Assembly: GCA_017427545.1 (NCBI GenBank) | Contig: JAFRSO010000035.1 | Coordinates: 27,986-91,985, forward strand | Direction of reading: 5' to 3' | DNA from: Selenomonadaceae bacterium | Lineage (GTDB): Bacteria; Bacillota; Negativicutes; Selenomonadales; Selenomonadaceae | Length of the DNA stretch: 64,000 nt | Shown here: one piece after another, positions 1 through 11,200 of the stretch | How positions within the stretch are numbered: position 1 is the stretch's first letter | Layout of the letters: each line of letters opens with the position of its first letter | Translations under genes and position numbers: made by a program | Notes under the pieces: generated by a model | The model's database searches: none | Seen by the model: only the letters and a program-made list of their open reading frames with translations | What the model was told of the DNA's origin: nothing

Positions 1-1792
1 GCACATCTTGAATCGGTGTTTCCTGTTGAGACGGCTCATTATACGTCGGCTCGCTCGAAGATTGCGGTTCAGGTTCGTGGACAGGTTCCGGACGACGTGC
101 AACGACTAAATCGACACTCGAACCCAATTCAACTTCAGCGTCGGGCGAAGGATATTGCGCGATAACCGTACCTTCCGCTTGATTGCTGTCCTCATAAGAA
201 ATTGATCCGACGTGCAATCCGCGACCTTCAATCCCGTCTTCGGCAACTGAAAGGCTCGCATTCTCGACGTTGGGGACGTTGGTAACTTTCTTCGTGACTT
301 TGACTTCCTCAACCTTCCGTTCAGGTTCGCCGCGTGAAACAACCAAGTCAATCGTTTGCCCGCGATTAATTCTGGTACCGGTCGTCGGGTCGTGAGATAA
401 AACAGTTCCCGGTTCACTGGGAGAATCTTTTTCGTAGACGCTGCCCAAATTCAAGCCGAGTTTTTGAAGTCGTTCAATCGCCGCAGATTTCGCCAGCCCT
501 GCCAAATCGGGCATATCAAGTGCCTCACCGCCCTTGCTGACGTAAATCGTAACCAGCCTGTCACTTTTGACGGTCTTGCCAACATCGGGATCTTGCGATA
601 CGACTTGACCGGCGGGGACGTTAGCATCGTAAGTTTCGGCGACGTTCACGCGGAGTTTGTTATCTTCCAAAATCTGCCGCGCCAATGCCAACTGCTTACC
701 TTTGACTTCGGGGACGGTGACGGTTTCTTCAGTGTTCAAAACTTTTCCGAACGCCGCGAAAATTCCCACGCCGAATCCCAACATCAAAACCAACGCCATC
801 ATCATGACAAAAATTTTTGACTTGTAAAACGGCTTCTGCTCAACGGCAGGTTCGGGAATTTTTTCTTCTTGAGCGGCAACTTGTGCGCCCAAACCTTGAC
901 GGACTGCGCGGCGTGAAGGAATTTCTGCACGCGGCAAAACTTGCGTGGCATCGGGATCACTCTTAACCGTCACGCTCAATGCCGCCTCGACGTTTGAAAG
1001 TTCCTGCACCAACTCAAAACTCGACGGGCGAATTTCGGGACTTTTACTCATCGCGCGACAAACTATCGCTTCCAACATCGGCGGGATTTGCGGACGATAG
1101 CGGCTTGGAGAAATCGGCTCCTCCTCGATATGCTTCATCGCGATTGTTACGGGATTGTCGCCCGTGAACGGCAACTTGTTCGTCAACATTTCGTAAAGCA
1201 CAATGCCCAGCGAATACACGTCGGACTTTGGAGTTATCGCACCGCCGCGAGCTTGTTCCGGCGAAAAATAATGAACCGAACCTATAACACTTCCGCCATA
1301 AGTCAGCGTCGACTCCGTGACTGCGCGAGCAATTCCAAAGTCGGTAATCTTCGCGTGATTGTCTTCGGTCATCAAAATATTGTGCGGCTTAATGTCGCAG
1401 TGGACGATATTGTTGGCGTGAGCGTGCGTCAAACCGTTTGCAATGTCCTTGGCGATTGAAACGGCCGTCAAAATATCAAGCGGCCCCTCGTCGAGAATTT
1501 TTTTCTTGAGAGTGCTGCTCTGGACATATTCCATAACGATATAATGATCATTGCCCGCCACGCCGACATCATAAATGCTGACGATATTCGGGTGCGACAA
1601 TCTGGCCGCAGACTTCGCCTCGCGGTGAAATCTTTCGATAAATTCCACGTCCGAACGATACGCCTCGTGAAGAATTTTAATCGCAACGGGTCGGGCAAGA
1701 AGTCGGTCGTGGGCTTTGTAGACTTCAGCCATGCCGCCGCTGCCGATTTTCTCTTCAAGCTCATATCGCCCGCTCAAGACTCGTTGAATCAT
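1..1792 (-). CDS. prkC: Ser/Thr protein kinase with PASTA repeats (PrkC-like); 3' end runs off the window
   Basis: Absent from the ORF track because no stop lies in the window. Own translation from ATG at 1792-1790 gives MIQRVLSGRYELEEKIGSGGMAEVYKAHD, VAIK, HCDIKPHN and DFGIAR, then one TM segment and three PASTA-like repeats. It lies directly downstream of a PP2C gene, as in Firmicutes. Confidence 0.9.
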   Translation of the reverse strand, partial: MIQRVLSGRYELEEKIGSGGMAEVYKAHDRLLARPVAIKILHEAYRSDVEFIERFHREAKSAARLSHPNIVSIYDVGVAGNDHYIVMEYVQSSTLKKKILDEGPLDILTAVSIAKDIANGLTHAHANNIVHCDIKPHNILMTEDNHAKITDFGIARAVTESTLTYGGSVIGSVHYFSPEQARGGAITPKSDVYSLGIVLYEMLTNKLPFTGDNPVTIAMKHIEEEPISPSRYRPQIPPMLEAIVCRAMSKSPEIRPSSFELVQELSNVEAALSVTVKSDPDATQVLPRAEIPSRRAVRQGLGAQVAAQEEKIPEPAVEQKPFYKSKIFVMMMALVLMLGFGVGIFAAFGKVLNTEETVTVPEVKGKQLALARQILEDNKLRVNVAETYDANVPAGQVVSQDPDVGKTVKSDRLVTIYVSKGGEALDMPDLAGLAKSAAIERLQKLGLNLGSVYEKDSPSEPGTVLSHDPTTGTRINRGQTIDLVVSRGEPERKVEEVKVTKKVTNVPNVENASLSVAEDGIEGRGLHVGSISYEDSNQAEGTVIAQYPSPDAEVELGSSVDLVVARRPEPVHEPEPQSSSEPTYNEPSQQETPIQDV

Positions 1793-1904
1793 TTTTCCCG
1801 CCCCTTAAGTCAATGCGTCGTGCGCAATGCGGCAGGCACAATCAATCGCGCCCCGCATCGCGTAATAAAAATTCAACGCGCAGTAAAAAATTTCTCGGCA
1901 CATT

Positions 1905-2606
1905 TCAATCAACTCCCACGACGATAACAGAAACATTGTCTTTACCGCCGGCGTCGAGTGCGGCTTCAATCAGCTCGGCGGCAGGTTCTTTGGCGGTCTT
2001 TAAAATTTTAAATATAAGTTCATCATCAATCATATTGGTCAATCCGTCCGTGCACAGCAAGAAAATATCGCCGCGTTCGACGGGAAAATTTGCTTGGTCG
2101 ATATAAAGATTTGCAATCGCCCCGACCGCCTGCGTCAAAACATTTTTCATCGGGTGAATTTTTGCTTCTTCCGCAGTGAGTTCTCCGCGCCTTACCAAAG
2201 TCTCAACATATGAATGATCTTCGGTTATCTGCTTGAAAATATTATTCCGCAACAGATAAAGCCGACTGTCGCCCACGTGCGCAAAATAAGCCCGCTCGCC
2301 GTCCAATGATAAAATCGTCGCCGTCGTGCCCATGCCGTGATACTCTGCATGTCGCCTTGCCGTGTTCAAAATTTTGTCGTTGGCAAGAAGTATTGCCTGC
2401 GCCAAAATTTTTTCGTGCCAAGGTCTCGGCGTCTTCGACAAAGAATTTTTCACCGTCTCGACCAACATTTGGCTCGCGACTTCGCCCGCTGAAGCTCCGC
2501 CCATTCCGTCCGCCACTACGAATGTTTCCGGCTCTATCACTGTCAGCGAGTCTTCGTTGTTATACCGCACCTTACCAACGTGCGTCGCTTGAAATATCTT
2601 CGCCAA
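1905..2606 (-). CDS. stp: PP2C-family Ser/Thr protein phosphatase
   Basis: 233-aa ORF with PP2C motifs VADGMGG, GMGTT and LLCTDGL. TTG start preceded by GAGGTGA. Classical partner of prkC. Confidence 0.9.
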   Translation of the reverse strand: MAKIFQATHVGKVRYNNEDSLTVIEPETFVVADGMGGASAGEVASQMLVETVKNSLSKTPRPWHEKILAQAILLANDKILNTARRHAEYHGMGTTATILSLDGERAYFAHVGDSRLYLLRNNIFKQITEDHSYVETLVRRGELTAEEAKIHPMKNVLTQAVGAIANLYIDQANFPVERGDIFLLCTDGLTNMIDDELIFKILKTAKEPAAELIEAALDAGGKDNVSVIVVGVD

Positions 2607-2652
2607 AACTTTTCACCTCTTCATGAAATGACGAGTGAGTTCTTTGAGCTTG

Positions 2653-2681
2653 ATTGTAACAAAACATTATCTTTCAGTCAA
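2653..2681 (-). promoter_or_regulatory. sigma-70-like promoter for stp-prkC
   Basis: Minus strand reads TTGACT, a 17-nt spacer, then TACAAT, about 45 nt upstream of the stp start. Confidence 0.5.
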
Positions 2682-2704
2682 TATTCAGATTGGCTTTCAT
2701 GCAC

Positions 2705-2739
2705 AAAAAAATAGCTGCCGGCGAGAGAGCTAGCAGCTA
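2705..2739 (-). terminator. Rho-independent terminator after TadG-like gene 1
   Basis: Minus strand shows stem TAGCTGC/GCAGCTA built from the heptamer array, followed by T7. Confidence 0.5.
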
Positions 2740-2759
2740 ACAGCTAACAGCTAGCAGCT
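2728..2759. repeat. Tandem heptamer array AGCTARC, about 4.5 copies
   Basis: AGCTAGC AGCTAAC AGCTAAC AGCTAGC AGCT abuts the stop codon of the 2759-5077 gene. Confidence 0.8.
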
Positions 2760-5077
2760 TATATCCAATCGTCTGAATTGGATTCGGTCTTCGTCAACAA
2801 AAATTCGTGAGGCTTTCGAGTTCCGTCCGATACTTTGTGCAACGTGAGCAAGTTGTATTGCAGTCCCAACCTGCCGTAATCTTCGCAGAAATATATTTTG
2901 TTCCCGTATTCGTCATAAAGCGGCACGGGCTTTCCGTCAGAATCAAGCAAGGGCACTCGCGCATGGGCTGTATCTTTTTTCGGATATTGCGTTCGGGAAG
3001 AATCAGTAGCCGGCTTATCGTACAATTTCACTTTATCCCAATCGGTTATTCGAGTGCCGTTCTTATCGTAAAGCGGGATTAATTCTTCCTCGTCCCTGTC
3101 AGTCAAAGGAACCATATCACCGTTCGCGTCGTAATGAATGTACGTAAATTCCAAATCCGTCTCAATGTTAAACCTCCTGAATTTCGACGCCGAGGACAGA
3201 TAGAATTGCTCCAACTTGTCTCTTAACGCCAAATAATCGCCGTCCACCAAAAACGTCTGAACATTATTTTTGCTGTCGACTTTATATGTCGTCCGTTTGG
3301 AATTCACCGTGTAAGCTGCTGTGGAAGTTGAGTAAGTTTTATCGAGTGCTCTGAATTCTTTGGCGATAATGAACCCTTCAAAAGTGTGATTGGTGCCGCT
3401 GCCGTCACCGACGCCCTTGCCGTTGCCATTTATGACGACGGGGACATCCGGCATATACAGCACGCCTTTAAAATCCGCGTTGAGATTCAAGATAACGGGC
3501 ATAGGCTCGCGGTCTTCCAAAGGGCCGTCATAATAGAAAATCAGCGGGCGTTTATCGGTAGCCAAGTTTGAAACATTTATGTTGATGATAATCTGTTGAG
3601 GCGGGTTACCTTGATTACCACCGTTCGCATTATGAGCCGGCTCGCTTTCAATTCGGATATACAACGGGTCATCATTTTTCCCGCTGCGAACATCATACGC
3701 CGCATTAACATTTATCAGCGCATGTGGTCTTTTCGAGGGATTACGGAGCTCACTGTAACTTGTACTTTCGGGGTAAAAGTCAAGAAATAATCGGTTAACG
3801 TCTGTAATTTTTGATTTATTAAGTTCGGTATCTTTTATCTCTAAAGATTTTGCAGTGGTCTTGCTAAATTGGATATATTTCATGGTGACATTTCCGTAAA
3901 CATCTTTGTATTTATTGTACGAAACAGACCAATCGCCGTCATAAGCATTTTTGGCGCGCACATACTCCATTTGCTGCCACAAGGTTATATTATTCATGGG
4001 CTTTCTGGTTTCAGTTGGCGGAGTGGTTTCAGTCGTCGAAGTGCCGCCGCCATTTTTTGAAGTGGTTTCAGTCGTCGAATCATTGCCTTTTGACGAATCA
4101 TTATCACTATCCGAATCATTGCCGCCTGATGAATCATTGCCGCCCGTCGAAGTCTTTTCAGTCGTCGAAGTCTTTTCAGTTGCAGAAGTTTCTTCAGTCG
4201 TCGGAGTGGTTGATTTTTTCCAGACGGCATAAAGGGTTACGGATTGTTCTTCGCCGAACAACTTAGCCACTTCCGAGGCCACCAACTGTTTGCCGTCGTA
4301 TATATAGGTGCCGGAATTGTCTGCTATCGTGTTCCAACCGAGAAATTCATAGCCGTTGAGTGTGGGACTGCCGTAATCTGATGAGACGGTCACCAATTCT
4401 TTATTTTCGGTAATTTTTTCCAGAGAGTTAAGATTTTTCGTCGAAGTCGTTGTATCACCAAAACTGCCGCCATTTGATTCAAACACAAGCTTTAAACTAC
4501 CGTCGGTGGTAACTTCGGGTTTCGTCAGCATGACAATGGCAATGACCGGCGCGTTCATGAAGTCAAACCAGCCGGGTAAAAATAAATGTTGAACATTTTC
4601 CGCCAGATGAATGACGTAATAGGAATTTTGACCGACCTTGTAAATGTTGGGCGTCATCTTAATTTCCGAACTGCCGCCAATGCCCCAGCTGTCAGTTATC
4701 GTGTAAGAGGTAATGTTATTGGTATTTTTGACAGTCAGGGCATCGGTGTCGAAGGAAAGATTTTTCAGCACATAAGCTGCCGCCTCTTTATCGCCAATTT
4801 CAGTGGTTAAGCTCGTACCGGTTTCATTGCCCTCATCAGCATAAAAAGTATCGACGAGGTAAATCGCGTCCGAGTCGTATTCGGAAAAATTTTCGTCGTC
4901 TTTAATCAAAGCACGTGCTCCCGCCAAAGCTGCCGCGTCCGCCGCATTTTGGAGCCTGGAGACGTTCAGATAATACCAGCCCAAATCCAAACCTACACCG
5001 ACGAACAAGACTAGAACCGGAATCAGCAAGGCGTAAAGCAACATAACTTGCCCGCGTTGTTCAATATCCCTGCACAT
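2759..5077 (-). CDS. Large TadG/TadE-like (Tad_N domain) surface protein, paralogue 1 (intact)
   Basis: 785-aa ORF. Likely start is ATG 5077 (MCRDIEQRGQVML), behind the SD GGAGTGG shared by all three paralogues. The N-terminus RGQVMLLYALLIPVLVLFVGVGLDLGWYYLNVSRLQNAADAAALAGA fits the Tad_N pattern. The middle has a Listeria-Bacteroides-type repeat (LNGYEFLGWNT...LYAVWKK) and an S/T/D-rich linker. Confidence 0.8.
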   Translation of the reverse strand: MCRDIEQRGQVMLLYALLIPVLVLFVGVGLDLGWYYLNVSRLQNAADAAALAGARALIKDDENFSEYDSDAIYLVDTFYADEGNETGTSLTTEIGDKEAAAYVLKNLSFDTDALTVKNTNNITSYTITDSWGIGGSSEIKMTPNIYKVGQNSYYVIHLAENVQHLFLPGWFDFMNAPVIAIVMLTKPEVTTDGSLKLVFESNGGSFGDTTTSTKNLNSLEKITENKELVTVSSDYGSPTLNGYEFLGWNTIADNSGTYIYDGKQLVASEVAKLFGEEQSVTLYAVWKKSTTPTTEETSATEKTSTTEKTSTGGNDSSGGNDSDSDNDSSKGNDSTTETTSKNGGGTSTTETTPPTETRKPMNNITLWQQMEYVRAKNAYDGDWSVSYNKYKDVYGNVTMKYIQFSKTTAKSLEIKDTELNKSKITDVNRLFLDFYPESTSYSELRNPSKRPHALINVNAAYDVRSGKNDDPLYIRIESEPAHNANGGNQGNPPQQIIININVSNLATDKRPLIFYYDGPLEDREPMPVILNLNADFKGVLYMPDVPVVINGNGKGVGDGSGTNHTFEGFIIAKEFRALDKTYSTSTAAYTVNSKRTTYKVDSKNNVQTFLVDGDYLALRDKLEQFYLSSASKFRRFNIETDLEFTYIHYDANGDMVPLTDRDEEELIPLYDKNGTRITDWDKVKLYDKPATDSSRTQYPKKDTAHARVPLLDSDGKPVPLYDEYGNKIYFCEDYGRLGLQYNLLTLHKVSDGTRKPHEFLLTKTESNSDDWI

Positions 5078-5103
5078 CGGTGCCACTCCCCTTAAATAAT
5101 CAA

Positions 5104-5615
5104 TCAATCTATCCACTCCGACCGCTTCTCCGTGAAGAACATATCGGCACTGGGATATTTTTTGCCCTCGGAATATTCAAGTTCATTCCTGTTCAGATAA
5201 GTGTAATTTATGCGGTACAGGTCTTTAATCCCAAAGTAGCTGTAGAAAGAATCTTTCCGTATATCATATTTTTCACTTTTACTGCCGTCATATTCTTTAA
5301 GATTGAACGTCGACTTTTTATAGACGCGCTCCAAGGCCGGTATCCGATAATCCAAAGTTTCATGATTTACATCATTGTACACATATCGACCGTCAACAAT
5401 TTTACCGGGATCACCGGGCTGTTCATCTGAATTCGGCTCGCGGGTGTAGACGTTGTAATAATCCCGCAAATCTTTATCGGTAGCCTTCCCGAAAAGACTG
5501 TTAATTTTCTTTTCCAACGCGTTATTGCTGTCCACGTTATCAACATTAAAGACCTCCGGCGGCGTAAGAGTTTTTGTCAAAATGTTGCCGTTCTTGTCGG
5601 TGATAATGTAGTTAA
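5104..5615. repeat. Near-identical direct repeat (3' ends of paralogues 2 and 3); partner at 8253-8762
   Basis: By-eye alignment shows well above 90 percent identity with long perfectly identical runs. The encoded C-termini are almost identical (…DYRIPALERVYKKSTFNLKEYD…EWID). Confidence 0.85.
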
Positions 5616-8230
5616 TCGTATTGCCTTTATCGTCTTTATTGTTTTCAACCTTCGTGTAGTATTGAATATCCGCGTCATCTTCCCTGATATACTTGACAGT
5701 TTCAACGCCGGTTTCCAATTCGACGACGACTTTCTTATATTTGGCGATAACTTGCGGCTCCGCCAATTTCGTAATGTCCGTTTTGAGCATAAAATATTTC
5801 ATGCCGTTTTCCGTGGCAAATTCCAACTTGTCAGCTTTGTACTGTGAATTGTAAACATCTTCCAATATTCTTCTTTCAATAACCCAAACGTCGCCCCATT
5901 GATTGCTGCCGGCAACATTTTTATCTTTGGAGTTCGTGAAAACTATTGCCGAATCAGCGGTTGAAGTAGTGTCGTCCATAGGCTTCACGCAGATAAACGG
6001 CTGCTCCATTCCCCAGCCCAAACCCGTCTTGAGGTCGTAAAGGCAGACGTAAGGGAAATTTGAATTCCACTTAACTCTGATATGCGGCAACTTCGACTTG
6101 GCAATATATTTTTCTTCATTGCCGAGCATAACTTTGACGTACTTATTATCTTTGGTCAAAGCATCGGGGTCGGGGTCAGCGTCCAGCAAATCGGCTGTAG
6201 CTACGGGAATTGTCACTGCGGTGAAGTTGCCGTAATTAAGACCGGCCGTGTTGGGATTGGCAATTATCCCGCTTGCGTTACGGAGGACTTCGTTTTCTTC
6301 AGGAAATTTAATCATCGAAACTTTATCTTCGCTCAAACCGCTGTATTGCATGTATTTTTCTTTGGTGTAAGTGGTGTTGATATAATTGGCGGTAATGGCA
6401 AAATATTCTTCGAGGGTTTTGCAATTCGTGTAAAGGTCTTTGGTGAAACTGATGACGGGATATTGAGGAGCTTTAATCTTTTCCTTGACGGTAAGATTGC
6501 CCGTTGAGCCGTCTTCAAGTGTCGTGAATTCTTCGCCCTTATAAAGATTGTTGAGTTCCTCCTTAGTTTTCAAGGTCGCAGATACTTCGGAGTCGAAATA
6601 AACGGTATAACCGCTGCCGTCAGTGCCCTTGCTGAAGTTCCCGTGCATAATTTCCGAAGCATTGAAGCCGTCGTAATGCTCAAAAAATTTGCCATTCGTC
6701 ATATCTTCTTCCGTCACCGAGAACAAGTAACATTTCGCGATAACGAAGCCCGATAACTTGTGACCGTTGCCGTTGATGATGACGGAGCTGTTGGGCATGT
6801 AAATAATCGCGTTAGTGTCGTCATTCAAATTTATGACGACGGGTTGAGAGTGTCGTTTCAAGACGCCGTTTTCGTCCGTGGTATAGTCAATATTTTCCGG
6901 ACCTGTGTAGAAGATAACATATGGGCGATATTTATAGTTGCCGTCATTATCTATTAAGGCATTGTTGCTGTTGAAGTTGAGCGTAATCTGGCGAACGGTA
7001 TTAAAGTTATTGACACCCGCGCCTGTGTAAGGATTTTTAATCGGGTCGCTTTCAATTCTCGTCCAAAGAGGATCGGTTCCGCTTACTGAAGGACGTTTTG
7101 CAAAAGCCTCGTTGAATTCCACGTTGAAGAGGATTCGTTTATCGTCGCCGTTACCTACTCCCCAACTTTTTTCACCATTTATTTTTTCCACGTGGCTGTA
7201 ACTGTAATCGCTCAACGGTTGCCCCAAATCCCAGTCCGTCGAAAATTTCTTGGAGACTTCAGCTTGAAAGTCAAAGTTTATCGAATCAACTTCATTTACA
7301 TTATAAAATTTACCACCATTTGCCGCAGTCGATTGACCGTCACTTTTATTGTTACCGTTTCTGGCAACGGGTCTGACGTTGATACTTTCCGTCCGATAAA
7401 CATTGCCGCTTGAATATTTAATGCCCGTATCGTCACTTGTCGTGCCCGCCATGTAGTGATTCCATTTGCCGGCATAAACGCTACTGCTGCCCAAATATTG
7501 TTTAGCATATTCCCAGTTGTCGACAACCATTGTGCGTTCCAATCTTTGCATGGGAGTAATCAAGCCGCGTTCATTCGGCTGCAAAAGTACAACGGCTCTG
7601 ACGGGGGCGACCATATCATCAAACCAACCGGGCATAAAGAAATGCCGAATTTTTTCCTTAAGATTAACGACATAATACAACGGGCCGTAAACGTCATTCT
7701 TGCCGTCAACGATTTTATATTTGAGTTCGACGGTGCCGCTGACTTTTTTATCGGCATCATTTTTGGAAATGCTCCAACCGTCCGTGGCAGTTATATCCTT
7801 CCAATCACTTGTCAAAGATTTTACTGCTGTATTGTCCGCAAGATTTTCCCGCGCATATTGTTCGGCAAGAACGCGCCCGTCAGCGAGAGTGTCTTTAACT
7901 TCATCTGCCTTTTTGTAATTGCTCAATTCACCGTTGGTAATGGTGGTTACCGTCAAAAGTATTTGAGAAAACGCTTTCGTAGTCGTCGAAGTCTTCGGGC
8001 ACAACGTTGCTGTCGAGTGACACAATATAATAATCTTGAAAATCATTGTCCCTTTTCACAAGAGCTTGAGCACCTGCAAGTGCTGCCGCGTCCGCTGCAT
8101 TTTGGAGCCGCGACACGTTCAGATAGTACCAGCCCAAATCCAAACCTACACCGACGAACAAGATTAGAACCGGAATCAGCAAGGCGTAGAACAACATAAC
8201 TTGCCCGCGCCGATTAATTTCCTTGCACAT
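5104..8230 (-). pseudogene. TadG-like paralogue 2, split by a +1-nt frameshift
   Basis: ORF 7928-8239 (Tad_N part) and ORF 5104-8046 (remainder) overlap in different frames. Alignment with paralogue 3 shows 13 nt instead of 12 nt within 7931-7953. Confidence 0.75.
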
Positions 8231-8240
8231 CAGTGCCACT
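7440..8240. repeat. Direct repeat (5' parts of paralogues 2 and 3); partner at about 10490-11290
   Basis: By-eye alignment shows roughly 85-90 percent identity and includes the SD and start region. Confidence 0.8.
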
Positions 8241-8252
8241 CCCTTTAAATAA

Positions 8253-11200
8253 TCAATCTATCCACTCTGCCCTTTTCTCCGTGAAGAACATATCGGCACT
8301 GGGATATTTTTTGCCCTCGGAATATTCAAGCTCATTTCTATTCAAATAAGTGTAATTGACGCGGTACAGGTCTTTAATCCCAAAGTAGCTGTAGAAAGAA
8401 TCGTCACTTATATCATATTTTTCACCTTTACTGCTGTCATATTCTTTAAGATTAAATGTCGACTTTTTATAGACGCGCTCCAAGGCCGGTATCCGATAAT
8501 CCAAAGTTTCATGATTTACATCATTGTACACATATCGACCGTCGACAATTTTACCGGGATCACCGGGCTGTTCATCTGAATTCGGCTCGCGGGTGTAGAC
8601 GTTGTAATAATCCCGCAAATCTTTATCGGTAGCCTTCCCGAAAAGACTGTTAATTTTCTTCTCCAACGCGTTATTGCTGTCCACGTCATCAACATTAAAG
8701 ACCTCCGGCGGCGTAAGAGTTTTTGTCAGTATGTTGCCGTTTTTGTCGACGATAATGTAATTGTCGTGATTGTTCGCGTTATTGTAAACCTTCGTGTAAT
8801 ATTGAACATTTGAATCATCTTCCCTGATGTACTTAACTGTTTCAACACCGGTTTCTTCTTCGACAACGATTTTGTGATATTTGGCGATAACTTGCGGCTC
8901 ATTCACAATTTCCGCTGTGCGAATAAAATATGATGTGCCGTCGATGAATTGCAGTTTATCTTTTTTCCAATTGTCGTATTCCTTGTTGTTATACCGCGTC
9001 CTGTCGATTTTCCAGCTATCACCATACTGATCAGCAGGATTCACATAAATATCCTTATCTCCGTCAGTAGTGTCAACCATGCGGACGCCTTTGTTACGGT
9101 TTTCTTTGCCGTTGAGATCCTTGAGAAGCTGAAGGTCTGAGACACATACATAGAAATATTCATTATTAGTTCGGACTTTGACATAAGGCAATTTTCTTTT
9201 ATCGACGTATTTTGTCTCCCCGCCGACAAGAACTTTAACGTAGTTGGCGTCAACGGCTGTGCTCGAAACGTCGGTACTTTTAACGTAATAAGTTGCCGTG
9301 GTCTCATTGTAATTTTCATCGGGGAAATTGACGGCTGAAATTTCCGAATCGGATAGCCCTGAACAAGTTTTAAATTTTTCCTTATAAGTGGCGTTGACAT
9401 ATGCGCCAAAAGTTTTATTTTCATTAATTTGACCGTTTTCCGTCACAGCGTATTTATCGTGGTCAGACTTGCTGTAATCGAGCCAAAGATATTCGGGAGC
9501 TTTAATTTTTTCCTTGATGGTAAGATTGCCCGTTGTTCCGTCTTCAAGTGGCGTGATTTCTCTGCCTGCATAAAGATTATCGATTTCAGTTTTCGTAAAA
9601 AGGTTGTCGGAATGGAAATAAACAGTATTCTCGCTGTCGTCTGCGGACTTACTGATACCCTTGCTAAAGTTACCGCGGATTATTTCCGATGCATTGAAGC
9701 CGTCATAATGTTCAAAGAAATCACCGTTAGTCATGTCTTCTTCCGTCACCGACAGCAAGAAACATTTGGCGATAACGAAGCCCGATAACTTGTTGTCGTT
9801 GCCGTTGATGATGACGGGGCTGTTGGGCATGTAAATAATCGCGTTCAAGTTAGCGTTCAAATTTATGACGACGGGTTGAGAGTGACGAATCAAAACGCCG
9901 TTTGAATCCGTGGTGTAGTCGATATTTTCCGGACCGGTGTAGAAAATTACATACGGACGATGTGTGTAATTTCCGTCATTACCTGTTTTGGTGTTGTCGC
10001 TACTGAAGTTCAAAGTAATTTGTCGAACAGAATTGAAATTACTGACGCCCGCGCCTGTGTAAGGATTTTTAATCGGGTCGCTTTCAATTCTTACCCAAAG
10101 CGGATCCGTTCCGCTTACTGAGGGACGTTTCGGAAAAGCTTCGTCAAATTCGGCGTTGAAAAGGATTCGTTTATCTGCCCCGTCTGTAGCAGACCAACTG
10201 CCGTTTTCCGTAAACTGATATGAATGTCCTGATTCGGGAAAGGCATATCCGAGATCCCAATCCGACTTAAATTTTCCCTTGACTTCAGCGCGAAAGTCAA
10301 TGTTTATCGAATCAACTTCGTTCTTTTCATACCATTGATTGCCGTTAGCGTCGGTTGCTTCACCGCTACCACCGTCCGCACTTGAGACTACGTTCTTGCC
10401 GGATGTCTTTCTACTCGTCTTGACAATTACGCTTTCATTTCGATAAGCATTGCCACTCGTGTACCTTATGCCATAGTTGCTGTTATTCCTAATACCCGCT
10501 TGGTAATGATTCCATTTGCCGGAGTAAAAGCCCGTGGTACCTTTGTATTGTTTAGCATATTCCCAGTTGTCGATAATCATCGTGCGTTCCAATCTTTGCA
10601 TTGGAGTAATCAAGCCGCGCTCATTCGGTTGCAAAAGTACAACGGCTCTGACGGGGGCAACCATATCATCAAACTAACCGGGCATAAAGAAATGCCGAAT
10701 GTTTTCTTTGAGATTAACGACATAATACAAAGGGCCGTAAACGTCATTCTTACCGTCAACAATTTTATATTTGAGTTCGATTGAGCCGCTGACTTTTTTA
10801 TCGGCATCATCTTTGGAAATGCTCCAGCCGTCAATCGCACTCATCGTACTCCAATCACTTGTCGACGATTTTACTTTCGTATCGTCCAAAAGATTTTCCC
10901 GTGCATATTGTTCGGCAAGGACGCGTCCCGCCGCGAGAGTGTCTTTAACTTCATCTGCTTTTTTGTAATTGTATAATTCACCGTTTGCACTGGTCGTACC
11001 GTCAAAGGTGTTTGAGAAAACTTTTTCGTAGTTGTCGAAGTCTTCGGGCACGACGTTGCTGTCGAGCGACGCAATGTAGTAATCTTGAAAATCTTTATCT
11101 TTTTCCACGAGAGCTTGAGCACCTGCAAGAGCTGCCGCATCCGCTGCATTTTGAAGCCGTGACACGTTCAGATAGTACCAGCCTAAATCCATTCCCACCC

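Noticed and set aside
464-1927. Several 60-130 aa ORFs on both strands within the first 1.9 kb
   Set aside because: All lie inside, or antisense to, the PrkC coding frame. The ORF track missed that frame only because its stop is outside the window.
10674-10676. In-frame TAG as a hint of amber codon reassignment
   Set aside because: Several well-supported genes in the window (plsC, dprA, proC, the DUF805 gene) terminate at TAG at the expected protein ends, so TAG functions as a stop here.
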